Origin: a phage
Reading direction: 5' to 3' (one strand)
Sequence record: PV874203.1
Length of the DNA: 64,000 nucleotides
Positions 10,698 to 22,318 of this stretch are shown piece after piece. Made by a program: the position numbers and the translations under genes. Positions within the stretch are counted from its first letter, which is position 1. Each line of letters begins with the position of its first letter. The notes under the pieces were generated by a model. The model saw only the letters and a list, made by a program, of their open reading frames with translations. It did no database searches and had not been told where the DNA came from.

Positions 10698-11666
10698 ATG
10701 GCTTTATTTGGAGGAGGGAATAGTAAAACTACTTCCCAAATGATTCGCCCTGAATACATTCAACAGTATATTGATCAGCTTAATCAACAGATTGGTAATA
10801 CTAGTTCAGGGGATTATGTTTATCGTGACAATGTAGGATTCAATAACAACCAGACAGAAGCTCTTAACAACTTGGCACAATCTGGTGCTCTAGGGACTCT
10901 TTCACAGCAATATATGGATGCATCCGGTCAAGGGTTGGGTTATCTAGATAATGCCTATAAAGGCTATCAGAGCCTCTCTGGACAAGGTGGGATTACTGGA
11001 GAACAGATTGGTGCTCTTGCTGGTCAACTGTATGACGACGATGCTGTTCAGGCAGCTATTACAGCTAATAATGAACAAGTTCAGCAGAACCTAGCACGCA
11101 ACGCTCTTCCTCAGCTAGCTCAGCAGTATTCTGGTCAGCAGGGTTCAGGTGCTCGTATGGCTAAATCTTTTGCTCAAGGTGATGCTCTGAATCAGATGCA
11201 AAGCCAAGCAACAGATATTACTAACAGTGCTTATAACTCGGCTATCAACCAAGCTGAAAGCATTCTCTCTGGTAATAGACAGAATCAGGCAGCTGCTCTC
11301 TCAGGTCTTTCTACTATTGGCTCTAACCTTTCCAATTTAGGTCAACAAGGTGCTGATCTATCTCAACAGCAAATACTAAACCAATGGAAGGCTGGGTTGC
11401 AGCAACAACAGCAACAACAGAATGAATATGATAATGCCTACCAGAATGCTCAGAACGCAGCTAATTGGGGATGGCAGGATATCAACAACCAACTCGGTGC
11501 AGCAGGTGTACTTAACGGCGCTCTCGGACAAACTACAACTACTAAAACATCTGGTGGCAAAGGTGGTTTCCTTGGTGGAGCTATGAGTGGTGCAGCAGCT
11601 GGCTCTTCCTTTGGGCCTTGGGGTGCATTGGCTGGGGGTGTAATCGGTGGGTTGGCTAGTTCTTAA
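10698..11666 (+). CDS. Q/N/G-rich internal virion protein, paralogue of the preceding gene
   Basis: Similar N-terminus and composition to 9633..10685 (MSLFGKSASSKTT vs MALFGGGNSKTTS). Confidence 0.55.
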   Translation: MALFGGGNSKTTSQMIRPEYIQQYIDQLNQQIGNTSSGDYVYRDNVGFNNNQTEALNNLAQSGALGTLSQQYMDASGQGLGYLDNAYKGYQSLSGQGGITGEQIGALAGQLYDDDAVQAAITANNEQVQQNLARNALPQLAQQYSGQQGSGARMAKSFAQGDALNQMQSQATDITNSAYNSAINQAESILSGNRQNQAAALSGLSTIGSNLSNLGQQGADLSQQQILNQWKAGLQQQQQQQNEYDNAYQNAQNAANWGWQDINNQLGAAGVLNGALGQTTTTKTSGGKGGFLGGAMSGAAAGSSFGPWGALAGGVIGGLASS

Positions 11667-11679
11667 TTAGGAGATAAAT

Positions 11680-13329
11680 ATGCAACAGACAACTTATGCT
11701 CAGGTCAGAAGCCGTGACCCGAGAAATACTTTCTATGGTGTTAATCCGGGAGCGGCTTCGGCCTCTCCTTATATGGCTAGACCTGCTCAGACAGCAGATA
11801 TTTCTATGTATCAACGCCCTGCTGTACCTGCTGGGTTATCTGCTCTAGTAGGTCAGGCTTCAGTTGATCATCAGAACATGTTAAATCCTGTTCAGAGTAA
11901 TGGACTTCCTTCTGATATTCCAAATGACGTACAACCTCAAGCACAACAGGCTGTAACTCTCCCTGAGTTTGAGAATCAAGAAACTATGCAAGCTGCTGGA
12001 CTTTCTCCTTCTTCTATTCCTCCGGAATCTACACCTCTTCCGGTGACACCTCCGACTAAGCCGTTAGAAGCTGGTCCTATGGAGTTCACTCCTTCTCAAG
12101 TGGAACAGGCACAAGGGGTGGTTAATACTCTTGCTCAAGGTCAAGATACTGGTGAAGGTATGGCTGCTGCTACTCGTGCTAAAGATCAGGAACGTGTTAA
12201 CAATGATATTATGCAAGTCGCTAAAGCTAAAGACCCTTCAGAAGCTTGGAAGAAGTTACAGAAAGAACCTTTCTATCAAAACTCTAGTTTCTATACAGGC
12301 TTGATGGGTGTAGGTCTTTCAATCATGTCCGGTAAGTCTCCAATTGAAGCTTTCCAAATTGGTCAGGGTATGGCTAACCAAGATGAGACTAAGAAACAAC
12401 TAGAAGCTAACCGTGATGCATTGGTTGAACAAGGTTTCTCTCAAGACTCTATTGCTGCTGCTATTGCAAGCGGTGACCCTTCTCTTCTGAAGATGAAAGC
12501 TAAAGACCCTCTTCAACAGGAAGCTCTATATGCTGCTCGTGAAGAACGTCAGAATGCTGAGTGGGATAGACGTCAACAGATTCAAGAACAGACTATGCGT
12601 GAGCGTGCTGATGAGACTCGCCGTGCCGCTGAAGAAAGAGCTAATATGAACTTTGAACGTCAGAAAGAATTGATTGGCTATCGTGATCAAGTCAAGGCTG
12701 AACGTGCTGAACAAGCTGCTCAGAGTTTTAACTTTAACCCGAAAGAAGTTCGTCTTGCTCAGAATACAGCTGAAGGTACGGTTGCTAAGCAGTGGGCAGA
12801 GAAAGGTGGCCTGTTTAACCAGTCTAACAAAGACTTGGATTTGGCTGATAAGGCTGTTAAGGATAAAGACTATCAGACAGCTCGTTCTGCTTACATGCAG
12901 GCTATCATGAACTCCGCAAGGGCTGAAATCGGTGCTACTCGTTCTCTTACCGAAGAAGACTTGGGGCACTTTGCAGAAGACCCATCAATCTTCGTTCGTG
13001 TTGGCAACAAGTTTGCACTGAAATCTGGATGGCGTCCTACTGATTCTGCTCTTGCTTATGCTCGTAAGCAAGCTAACGTTGGTCACACCTCTGCAATGAA
13101 AGGTGTTGCTGATGCTAAGAGAGCTACGATTGAAGCTTATATCGGTTCTGGTATGGATAAGAAGAGAGCTACTGCATTGGTTAACCGTGCAATCCCTTCT
13201 GGTGGTTTCTATGACCCTCTAGGTGTTTTCTCTGAACAAGCAGAAGAAGCAGTTGGTGGTGTAGCAACCAATCCTAAGCTTAATGGTGCTTTATCAGCTG
13301 TCGAAGACACTAGCTGGTTTACTCAATAA
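11680..13329 (+). CDS. virion/internal protein, hypothetical
   Basis: 549-aa ORF, Pro/Gln-rich N-terminus, charged helical C-terminus; RBS GGAG. Confidence 0.55.
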   Translation: MQQTTYAQVRSRDPRNTFYGVNPGAASASPYMARPAQTADISMYQRPAVPAGLSALVGQASVDHQNMLNPVQSNGLPSDIPNDVQPQAQQAVTLPEFENQETMQAAGLSPSSIPPESTPLPVTPPTKPLEAGPMEFTPSQVEQAQGVVNTLAQGQDTGEGMAAATRAKDQERVNNDIMQVAKAKDPSEAWKKLQKEPFYQNSSFYTGLMGVGLSIMSGKSPIEAFQIGQGMANQDETKKQLEANRDALVEQGFSQDSIAAAIASGDPSLLKMKAKDPLQQEALYAAREERQNAEWDRRQQIQEQTMRERADETRRAAEERANMNFERQKELIGYRDQVKAERAEQAAQSFNFNPKEVRLAQNTAEGTVAKQWAEKGGLFNQSNKDLDLADKAVKDKDYQTARSAYMQAIMNSARAEIGATRSLTEEDLGHFAEDPSIFVRVGNKFALKSGWRPTDSALAYARKQANVGHTSAMKGVADAKRATIEAYIGSGMDKKRATALVNRAIPSGGFYDPLGVFSEQAEEAVGGVATNPKLNGALSAVEDTSWFTQ

Positions 13330-13348
13330 GACCTAAGTCCTGCCTTCT

Positions 13349-13357
13349 ATAATGTAT
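13349..13357 (+). promoter_or_regulatory. TAATGTATA promoter-like motif (candidate phage-specific promoter)
   Basis: TAATGTATATAGGGGG about 40 nt upstream of the 1488-aa gene; the same motif recurs upstream of other genes on both strands. Confidence 0.45.
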
Positions 13358-13396
13358 ATAGGGGGTAGGACATTTTTATTTATAAAAGGAGACGTT

Positions 13397-16300
13397 ATGG
13401 CTAACATTAAACCGTGGGAAGAAGCTTCCAAAGCTCCTGCGTATCTGAATGCCTCTCCGGAGCAACAAGCTCAAATGAGAGAACAATATAAGGCAGCAGG
13501 TGGCTCTATTCCTGAGGAACAACCAGTAGCACAACCACAACAAGAAGAACGTGGTGCTATAGGTGAGTTTGCTCAAGGTGTGTCAAATGCTCTTCAATCC
13601 GGTGGTGCAAACATTGCAGCTAGTGCTGCTAAAGGTATTGGTGGTTTAGTTGAGATTGGTGAGAATCTAGCTGGAGCACAAACTAGTTATGGTAAGCGTA
13701 TCCAAGAGAACTCTCAGAACCTTCTGAAAGAACGTATGGATAAGATTGAGGATGGGATTGGTAAAACTGTCGGTCAATATGCTGGTGTTGCTGGTGATAT
13801 TGGTTTGACAGTTGCTAACCCATTAGCTGCCGCCGCTATCATTGCAGGTCGTGAGACAGGTCGTGCATATGCAGACCAAACCCCTGAAGAGGGAGAAGAT
13901 AAGTCTATTCTAGATGCAGCCTTAGTTGGTGGTGCTAACTATGCGGCTCAGAGAATCCTTCCGGGTGCTGTTGGTACAGCTGAGTCCACACTTGGACGTA
14001 TTGGTCAGAACGTTGCTACTAACGCAGTGGCTGGTGCTAAAGGTGGTGCTCTTGTAGGTGCTGCTGAAGCTCAGAACAAGCATGGAGATGATACAACCTT
14101 TGCTAATGTATTAGAGGGTGCTATCGAAGAAGGTGCTATGGGTGCTGCATTCGGTGGTGCAGTTGGTGGTGTTCATGGTTTGATTAGCCGTCCGGATTCT
14201 GCTGTCTTCAAGAACACTCCAGAGTATGCGAAGACTGATATTGCTGCTGATGATGAACTGATTCGTAGTGCTAAGAATATTGATGAATTGAAAGAAGCTT
14301 ACTCTAAAGCTGAAACTGCTAACGCTGCTTCCGCTCTTAATCTTCTAGATGAGAATGGATTCCGTATCACAGATGCTGTTGCTGTAGATTCTCCTGCTGC
14401 CCAGCGTATTCTTAATACAGACCAAGCTCGTGCTGAGAAAGCTGCTTCTGTTCAGAAAGAACATTCTAATATTCCTGGCCTCAATCCTTTGGCTTCTCCT
14501 GCTAAAGTTCGTGGTAAAGCATTCGCTGATAACGAGCACAACCAGAAGCAAGCTGTTGCTATGAAAGATGCAATGGCTGATTACACAAAGGATAACACTA
14601 AAGCTCTTACAGATGTTCTGGATAATCTTGATCGTGAGTTAGTTTCTCTCCGAGCTTCTGGTGATTTTACTGGTAGTCCGATTGATATTAAGAATCGCAC
14701 ACAAGCTGATCGTGACTTCATTGATGCTTACAAGACTTTCTATAATGAAGCAAACCGATTCAAAGCTCGTGATGGTGAAGACTTTAATAACTTTGTAGAG
14801 AAAGCTACTGAACTACAGAAGATGGCTGACAATGTTTCTCCAGAGATGAAACAAGCTATTGGTGGGTTGAAGAAACTGAAAGGTATGCCTGAAGGTTTTA
14901 ATCCTATCCAAGACGCCTACACTCTGAACAACACAGCTAAGTTCATGAGCAACCAAGACCGTGGTTGGACTTCCCTTACTGATGATGGCTTCCGTGAGAC
15001 TTCTTCTCCTAGTCTGGTTATGAACACCCTTGGTGCTGCTAAGTATGCTCTGAATCGCTTCTCTTCTCAGCGTGCTCGCTCTCAACGTGTTAAGCAACAA
15101 GAATCTAACAGTGAAGCTATCCGCTCTCTGGCTCGTGGTGATTTGGAAGTTGCTCGTGCTAAATCCACTGCTGATGAAGCTCGTGCTAAAATGGAAGAAG
15201 AACCAGTTGTTGATGACATTAAATTTAAGACGCAAAATGACGTAGAAACCGAACCGGTTCGGGAGCCTTCTTCTAGTACTGTGACGGAAGAAAATCTTCC
15301 TTCTTCTGCTCCTCAAGAAACTCCTCTTACAGCTCGTGATTTAGTTGCGCAAAGACGTGCTATCCGTCAGGCTGAACAGCGTCGCGCTGAAGAAGAGGCA
15401 GCAGCTGCTCAAGAAGCTCCGGTCGAACAAGCTCCACAGGCTGAACCTCTCCCTGCTCGTAATCCTTTAGAGGAACGTCGTGCGATGGAACAGCAACGTG
15501 CTCAAGAAGAGGCCACACAGGCTCCAGAACCCACCGTAGAGGAACCAACAGTTAAAGCTGAGCCATTACCTGCTCGTGCTCCTAAAGCTCCTAAGGAAGC
15601 TGTACAGGACGTTAAACCGGCAAGTGGTGTAGAACGTTTAGCTGCTATGTCTAGTGCTGCTCGTCAGGCTACTAAAGATCGTGCAGAACGTTTTGCTCGT
15701 TCTCTGTATTCCAAGGCTGCTAAGGCTAAAGCTACTGCTGAAAACTTCTTGGCTTACAAGGGTGATCCTAAGGAACTGATGCGTCGCATTCGTCAGGAAG
15801 ATAATGCTATCAACACTGAACGTCATGAAGAAATGGCTCGTAACCAGTTAGCTTCTCAGCAAGGTATTGCTACTGCTAAGAACAACACTGTACGAACTAA
15901 TTTTGCTGAATGGGTTAAGGAACGTGGTCTGCCAGAAGATATTGCTACTAAGGCATTACGTGCTGAAGAGAAAGGTTTAGGTGGGAACGTGACTAACTTG
16001 GATAGTTTGAAACGTCGTGCTGAAAGGTTGTATCAGAAGCAGCGTGAGGCTGAGTTTGATAGACTGTACCAAGAAGCTCTGGAAGAGAACAAAGCTTTCG
16101 ATAAGAAGGATGCTCCTAAACTGGTTGACCAGAAGAAAGAGCTTCAGTCTGAGATTGATACTTTGATTGATTCAGAACCTTTACGTCCTGCTCAGAAAGA
16201 TGCTATGCGCAGGCTGATGAATGATTATGTAGATGGGAAGTTTAAATCTTCAGAGAAGGCTGGTAGGGAAGAGGCTTTGGAAGTTGGTCAGATGAAGGAT

Positions 16301-17818
16301 ATTTGGGATGGGTTCATTAACACCTATAACAGAGAAGTGAATGCCTTCAACAAAGCTAACAAGAACTCTCAATACGAAGCTGCTGCTAAACACTTGCAGG
16401 CTCGTGAAGAACGTCTTGCTACTCTGAGAAATAAAGCTCAGGCTCGTTCAGATGCTAAAGCTGCTGTTGAAAATGAACGTAAAACTCTAGAGGCTATTGC
16501 AGCTCAGAAGAGTGAGATTGAGAAGATGATGGAAGGTTTACCTAAACCTGTTCGTGAGGCTCAGGAATCTCGTACATTGAAACAGTTGGCTGCTCACCAT
16601 GATAAGAACTCTCCAGTTCCTCCAGAGAAGTTCCGTAGTTACATTGAACGTATCCATAACGCCGAGTCAGATTACCTTGATCGTCAGCGTCGTTTAACTG
16701 ATGCAGAGGAAGATGCTCGTCAGGCTAAGTGGAATAAGATGTATGAGCAAGCGGAAGAGATGGACCGTAAATTTGATATAGACAAAAGAGTTAAACGCAG
16801 TGAAGAGCTTAAAGCGGCTCAGAAGCGTGAGAATGATCTCATGGCAGTACAACGTCAACGTGACGACATTCATCGTCGCCTGATGCATACTTTGGAAGAT
16901 AAAGGCATATCTAAAGAGGATGCTGAAGCATTTGCTGGTTCCTACATGGATAACCGTTATGCACTTCTTGATAAGCCTATGACTCCTACTGAACATCAGA
17001 ATGCTCGTTCTCGTATCGAAGCTGATGTTGAGAAGTTTGCTAAGAAGTACGAATCAATGACTCCTATCGAGAAAGAGATTGTTAAGGTTACTGGAGATAC
17101 TGAAGGTAAGCTTGATAACTTGGATGCGGATACTAGGAAGGCTATTGAGGAGGCTCAGAAGGTTGACTCTGATATTAAGAAATTGCAAGAGGAAGAGTTG
17201 GAGATGGAGAAGATTCGTTCTGCTCTGCCTGATGATGAAAAATCTCAAGCAAATTCTGATATCTTGGAAAGTATCAAACAGCAGGAAGAAGTCTTTGCTG
17301 ATAAAGTAGAGAAAGCTTTCTTGAGTGGGAAGAGCTTGGATGAGTTAGCTAGTGTGGCTGAAGTTTTAGACAGGGTTCATGGTGCAGATAAGGCTGGTAA
17401 CAACCGTCGCTTTGTACGTGCATTGCAGACTGCTGCTGAAAACAAGAAGAAGTATGGTGATAATCCAGTAGCTTGGTTTAGTGCTGATGATTACTCTGCC
17501 ATTGCTAAACTTGGCGCTTCTTCCGCAGGTGGTAACAAATCTAGAGCACTGGAGAAGATCTTTGGTTCTACAGCTGAACAGGCTAAGAGTAAGTTGCTTG
17601 GTAGGGATGATGTAGCGAAGATGAGACGTGTGATTGAAGAGAACCCTGATATTAAGATTCCTTCTTACAAGACAACGAATCGTACTGAGTACTTGCAGTT
17701 CTTGGAGAAGTTTAATGACGAAGGGAAGCCGAAGATTAAACGTGGCTCATTGTCAGAGAAGCTTGAACGCAGTAAGCGTCAATCGAGACTCCGTGTAAGA
17801 GTTCGACCTAAGGAGTGA
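13397..17818 (+). CDS. large internal virion / ejection-type protein, hypothetical
   Basis: Start set at ATG after AAGGAG (track start 13352 lacks RBS); 1474 aa, Ala/Glu/Lys/Arg-rich helical composition; size and position fit an internal core protein of a podovirus. Confidence 0.55.
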   Translation: MANIKPWEEASKAPAYLNASPEQQAQMREQYKAAGGSIPEEQPVAQPQQEERGAIGEFAQGVSNALQSGGANIAASAAKGIGGLVEIGENLAGAQTSYGKRIQENSQNLLKERMDKIEDGIGKTVGQYAGVAGDIGLTVANPLAAAAIIAGRETGRAYADQTPEEGEDKSILDAALVGGANYAAQRILPGAVGTAESTLGRIGQNVATNAVAGAKGGALVGAAEAQNKHGDDTTFANVLEGAIEEGAMGAAFGGAVGGVHGLISRPDSAVFKNTPEYAKTDIAADDELIRSAKNIDELKEAYSKAETANAASALNLLDENGFRITDAVAVDSPAAQRILNTDQARAEKAASVQKEHSNIPGLNPLASPAKVRGKAFADNEHNQKQAVAMKDAMADYTKDNTKALTDVLDNLDRELVSLRASGDFTGSPIDIKNRTQADRDFIDAYKTFYNEANRFKARDGEDFNNFVEKATELQKMADNVSPEMKQAIGGLKKLKGMPEGFNPIQDAYTLNNTAKFMSNQDRGWTSLTDDGFRETSSPSLVMNTLGAAKYALNRFSSQRARSQRVKQQESNSEAIRSLARGDLEVARAKSTADEARAKMEEEPVVDDIKFKTQNDVETEPVREPSSSTVTEENLPSSAPQETPLTARDLVAQRRAIRQAEQRRAEEEAAAAQEAPVEQAPQAEPLPARNPLEERRAMEQQRAQEEATQAPEPTVEEPTVKAEPLPARAPKAPKEAVQDVKPASGVERLAAMSSAARQATKDRAERFARSLYSKAAKAKATAENFLAYKGDPKELMRRIRQEDNAINTERHEEMARNQLASQQGIATAKNNTVRTNFAEWVKERGLPEDIATKALRAEEKGLGGNVTNLDSLKRRAERLYQKQREAEFDRLYQEALEENKAFDKKDAPKLVDQKKELQSEIDTLIDSEPLRPAQKDAMRRLMNDYVDGKFKSSEKAGREEALEVGQMKDIWDGFINTYNREVNAFNKANKNSQYEAAAKHLQAREERLATLRNKAQARSDAKAAVENERKTLEAIAAQKSEIEKMMEGLPKPVREAQESRTLKQLAAHHDKNSPVPPEKFRSYIERIHNAESDYLDRQRRLTDAEEDARQAKWNKMYEQAEEMDRKFDIDKRVKRSEELKAAQKRENDLMAVQRQRDDIHRRLMHTLEDKGISKEDAEAFAGSYMDNRYALLDKPMTPTEHQNARSRIEADVEKFAKKYESMTPIEKEIVKVTGDTEGKLDNLDADTRKAIEEAQKVDSDIKKLQEEELEMEKIRSALPDDEKSQANSDILESIKQQEEVFADKVEKAFLSGKSLDELASVAEVLDRVHGADKAGNNRRFVRALQTAAENKKKYGDNPVAWFSADDYSAIAKLGASSAGGNKSRALEKIFGSTAEQAKSKLLGRDDVAKMRRVIEENPDIKIPSYKTTNRTEYLQFLEKFNDEGKPKIKRGSLSEKLERSKRQSRLRVRVRPKE

Positions 17819-17820
17819 TA

Positions 17821-17860
17821 AAAGAAAAGCCCTCAACCGAAAGGAAGAGGGCTTTATTAT
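17821..17860. terminator. bidirectional terminator between convergent blocks
   Basis: AAGCCCTC-loop-GAGGGCTT hairpin flanked by A-run and T-run, between the plus gene ending 17818 and the minus gene ending 17863. Confidence 0.6.
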
Positions 17861-17862
17861 TT

Positions 17863-18120
17863 CTAGATTAAATCGTAATACTGAATAATGTCAGAGAGTT
17901 TGAACTCTCGAATCTCATCTTTCTCTACATCAATTGCTGTCATAATCCAACAAGGTTTGCCACCGTTATGAAAACGGGAGCTAGCAACGGAGGTTCGGAG
18001 TGGAATAACGGACCGGTCAGCAACCTCGCCTCTCCAATTGCGATAGCGAAAGCGAAGCACTTGTTGCGTAGATTTTTGATCATCACTCATTTCCTTTTTT
18101 GAATTGTTTTCTTGCATCAT
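17863..18120 (-). CDS. hypothetical protein
   Basis: 85-aa ORF, first gene of the minus-strand block. Confidence 0.4.
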   Translation of the reverse strand: MMQENNSKKEMSDDQKSTQQVLRFRYRNWRGEVADRSVIPLRTSVASSRFHNGGKPCWIMTAIDVEKDEIREFKLSDIIQYYDLI

Positions 18121-18629
18121 TGGTATTCCCTAGCCATCAGATCTTCCTTAGCTTTAAGGTAGGCGTTATGTGCTTCTATTGGTGTGTTGAAACTACCTAT
18201 ATGTTTCCTTTTACCTCTGAAGGTAATAGCGGCTACATAAGGATTACTCTTACTGGTCTTGTTGATAGTAACACCTTTCAATCCTGTTGAGAGGTTATCA
18301 ACTCTAGGATTACTCTTATTTAAATTCTGAAGAGATCCTTCTGCTATTCTAAGATTTTGAATAGTGTTGTTTGTCTTATTCTCATCGATATGATCCAGGC
18401 TATCTGGATATGTTCCATAAATGAGGAACCACGCCAGCCTATGAGCGAGCCAAGGCTTCCCATCAAATTGTATCCTCACATATCCATCATTACCTAGTGT
18501 CCCAGCCAAAGAACCTTTTGAGGCTTTTCCTCCTCTTCTCACTTTCCAAAAGAAGTGACCTGTGTCTGCATTATAGTCTAACACTTCATGGAGATTGGCT
18601 AGTCTTTTTAAACTGTTTTCGATCTTCAT
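18117..18629 (-). CDS. HNH homing endonuclease with AP2-type DNA-binding domain
   Basis: DHIDENKTNNTIQNLR (HNH_3) plus GVTINKTSKSNPYVAAITFRGKRKHIGSFNTPIEAHNAYL (AP2-like); start trimmed to an internal ATG to avoid a 155-nt overlap. Confidence 0.65.
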   Translation of the reverse strand: MKIENSLKRLANLHEVLDYNADTGHFFWKVRRGGKASKGSLAGTLGNDGYVRIQFDGKPWLAHRLAWFLIYGTYPDSLDHIDENKTNNTIQNLRIAEGSLQNLNKSNPRVDNLSTGLKGVTINKTSKSNPYVAAITFRGKRKHIGSFNTPIEAHNAYLKAKEDLMAREYQ

Positions 18630-18993
18630 TTTCCTTCTTTGTTTTAATCTTATGACAAGGGTCTTTACACAGAACCTGAAAACCTTCTTTCTCACACAGA
18701 GCACGAGAGATGATTTCATCCCAAGTTGCTTCATGGTCAAGAGGAACTATAGGTTCTATGTGGTCAATAGCCATATCCTTTACAGGGTGGTCAGAACCAC
18801 ACATGGCACACTTAAAGTGCATTGCCAGTCTGCCTGTCTTTGGATTAATCTTCTGCTCTGTCTTGGCGTCTGCTAGTGCATCGAACATGGGCTTCCACTT
18901 TCTAGTCAGAGAACGAATCCCTGACTTGATAAAAGAGTTGTAACGAGCTTCAGTCCACATTCCAGAGCATCTAGTCTTCTCAGCCTTCGCCAT
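18586..18993 (-). CDS. HNH endonuclease
   Basis: CAMCGSDHPVKDMAIDHIEPIVP...LCKDPCHKIK fits the HNH zinc-finger nuclease pattern. Confidence 0.55.
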   Translation of the reverse strand: MAKAEKTRCSGMWTEARYNSFIKSGIRSLTRKWKPMFDALADAKTEQKINPKTGRLAMHFKCAMCGSDHPVKDMAIDHIEPIVPLDHEATWDEIISRALCEKEGFQVLCKDPCHKIKTKKENEDRKQFKKTSQSP

Positions 18994-19171
18994 AACCTAC
19001 ACTCATATCATCTTCTTCCCATACACGTTTATCCACTCGGTGTGATACTTTTTCACGTTTTTCTTTAATATAGCGGTTGCCTAATTCGTGGCTATATTTA
19101 ATACGCTGCTCTTTACGAGATTCACGGTTGGAGGAGTTTTCATCATATGAACGATAATCAAATTTACCCAT
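18980..19171 (-). CDS. hypothetical protein
   Basis: 63-aa charged ORF in a tight gene array. Confidence 0.3.
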   Translation of the reverse strand: MGKFDYRSYDENSSNRESRKEQRIKYSHELGNRYIKEKREKVSHRVDKRVWEEDDMSVGYGEG

Positions 19172-19194
19172 TATAATATCCTTATTACCAAGAT

Positions 19195-19704
19195 TTATTT
19201 GTGACGATGAAAGCCTAAGTGTAGGTCTTCTCTCTTTATTCTTAGGGCTTCTTCAGCCTCTTCTTTAGTTGCATAATACCCTAGATGGATAGATTTCCCA
19301 GACACTCCAATAATAGCTCTCCACTTATTAGCTCTTTTATGGAAAGAGACTCCCTTGATTCCGGAAGTACAGTTTATAGAGATCTTTCTGTTCCACTGAT
19401 TCTGACTTAAAGTGGCTTCTCTTAGATTACACCACTTGTTATTAGAAGGGTCCCCATCTATGTGATCTACACAATCGGGAATGTAACCTTCCATATAAAG
19501 GAATGCAAGTCTATGAGATTGGTACAATATTCGATTTACCTTGATGCAGTGGTATTTATGTTTTCCATAAAAACATCCAGCCACATCTCCAACATTCTTC
19601 CTACCTTTCTTAACTGTCCAAGTAAACTGACCAGTATTCGGGTCATACTTGAGAAGTCTTTTTAACTCTTCTCTATCCAAGATTACCATTCCTTGTTTAA
19701 CCAT
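19195..19704 (-). CDS. HNH homing endonuclease with AP2-type domain
   Basis: DHIDGDPSNNKWCNLREAT (HNH_3) and GVSFHKRANKWRAIIGVSGKSIHLGYYATKEEAEEA (AP2-like). Confidence 0.7.
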   Translation of the reverse strand: MVKQGMVILDREELKRLLKYDPNTGQFTWTVKKGRKNVGDVAGCFYGKHKYHCIKVNRILYQSHRLAFLYMEGYIPDCVDHIDGDPSNNKWCNLREATLSQNQWNRKISINCTSGIKGVSFHKRANKWRAIIGVSGKSIHLGYYATKEEAEEALRIKREDLHLGFHRHK

Positions 19705-20487
19705 GTCCAGTCGAACAGGTCTTCCGGAGTCTGACCAACAAAGAGCAGCCGAGCATTCTCAAGCATTTTCTCTTCATCTTCAGTATCGAACTTCTTATAA
19801 TATTCCATTCGTACTATATGATACATGGTCCACTTATCTGTAACACCAGCCAACAGTTTAGCTGCTGCTTTCTTCCCTACTCCTTGACGTCGAAGCTGGA
19901 GCTTACCACCCCACATAACTTCTTTACGTTCTCCACATCCGGGGATATTATCTGTACCATCTCCAATCAACATCTGATAGAAGAAGTTTTGCCATGAAAC
20001 TAAATCAGATACGTAGTGAGGAGGAACCTCTTTTTGTCTTTCTCCACAAGCCCAACGGTAATGCCATCCGGGAGTTATTAACAAATCCTTGTCTCTTGTA
20101 CAGATAATAGTGTTCTTATCCCTACGTTGCCTTTCAGCTAATGCATCATCAGCCTCTCTCCCAAATACATCAATGTATTCATACTTACTCTTAATGTAAT
20201 CACCGACATTTTGCCAATGAAAAGGTCTTTCTCCGGGAGGTCTGTTTGCTTTGTAGTCTTGCTGCTTAGCAACATCAAAACGGAAATTACCACCTTCGCT
20301 GAAGTAGAATACAACCTTACTACAACCCGAGCGAGCTATGATTGTATCAATCTTGTACTGAAGTCGTTCAATCATGAAATTGTAATCAACTGGAACACGT
20401 CCTGTGTCAAGGAAGGGATGCTCTTGAGTAAGAGCACCTACTTCATATCGAAGAACGTCAGCGTCCACTATAGCAACTTCAGGGAGC

Positions 20488-22024
<1,537 letters not shown>

Positions 22025-22272
22025 AATGCATCTCTTTATAAACAGTTTCCGTGTTCTTCTTCCAGTTAGATAAACTGGTAAGAACTCTCTGAGCAACTTC
22101 ATCAGCTGCTCTATTTCTTTCAATCTCTAACTCTTGTTGATGCTTTTCTTTATCCAGATTGTTACTGTCTGTTCTGTACTCATTAAACTTCATACCACCA
22201 AAGAATACAAGAGCTGAGAAAACGATAAACCCTAAGTTATCACTTAACGTGTTTTGCATGTTGTCTCCAACG

Positions 22273-22297
22273 AAAAAAAAGCCACCCGAAGGTGGCT
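22273..22297 (-). terminator. rho-independent terminator (minus strand)
   Basis: Minus strand reads AGCCACC-TTCG-GGTGGCT followed by TTTTTTTT, directly after the SSB gene. Confidence 0.7.
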
Positions 22298-22318
22298 AAG
22301 CTATAACAAGGAGAGTTA

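Noticed and set aside
12526-17309. Short ORFs on either strand embedded in the 549-aa and 1488-aa genes (12526..12969, 12674..12910, 13376..13576, 14345..14551, 14813..15316, 15360..15548, 15638..15826, 16694..16996, 17054..17248, 17079..17309)
   Set aside because: Embedded in or antisense to the large structural ORFs; compositions are artefacts of the A/E/K/R-rich sense frame.
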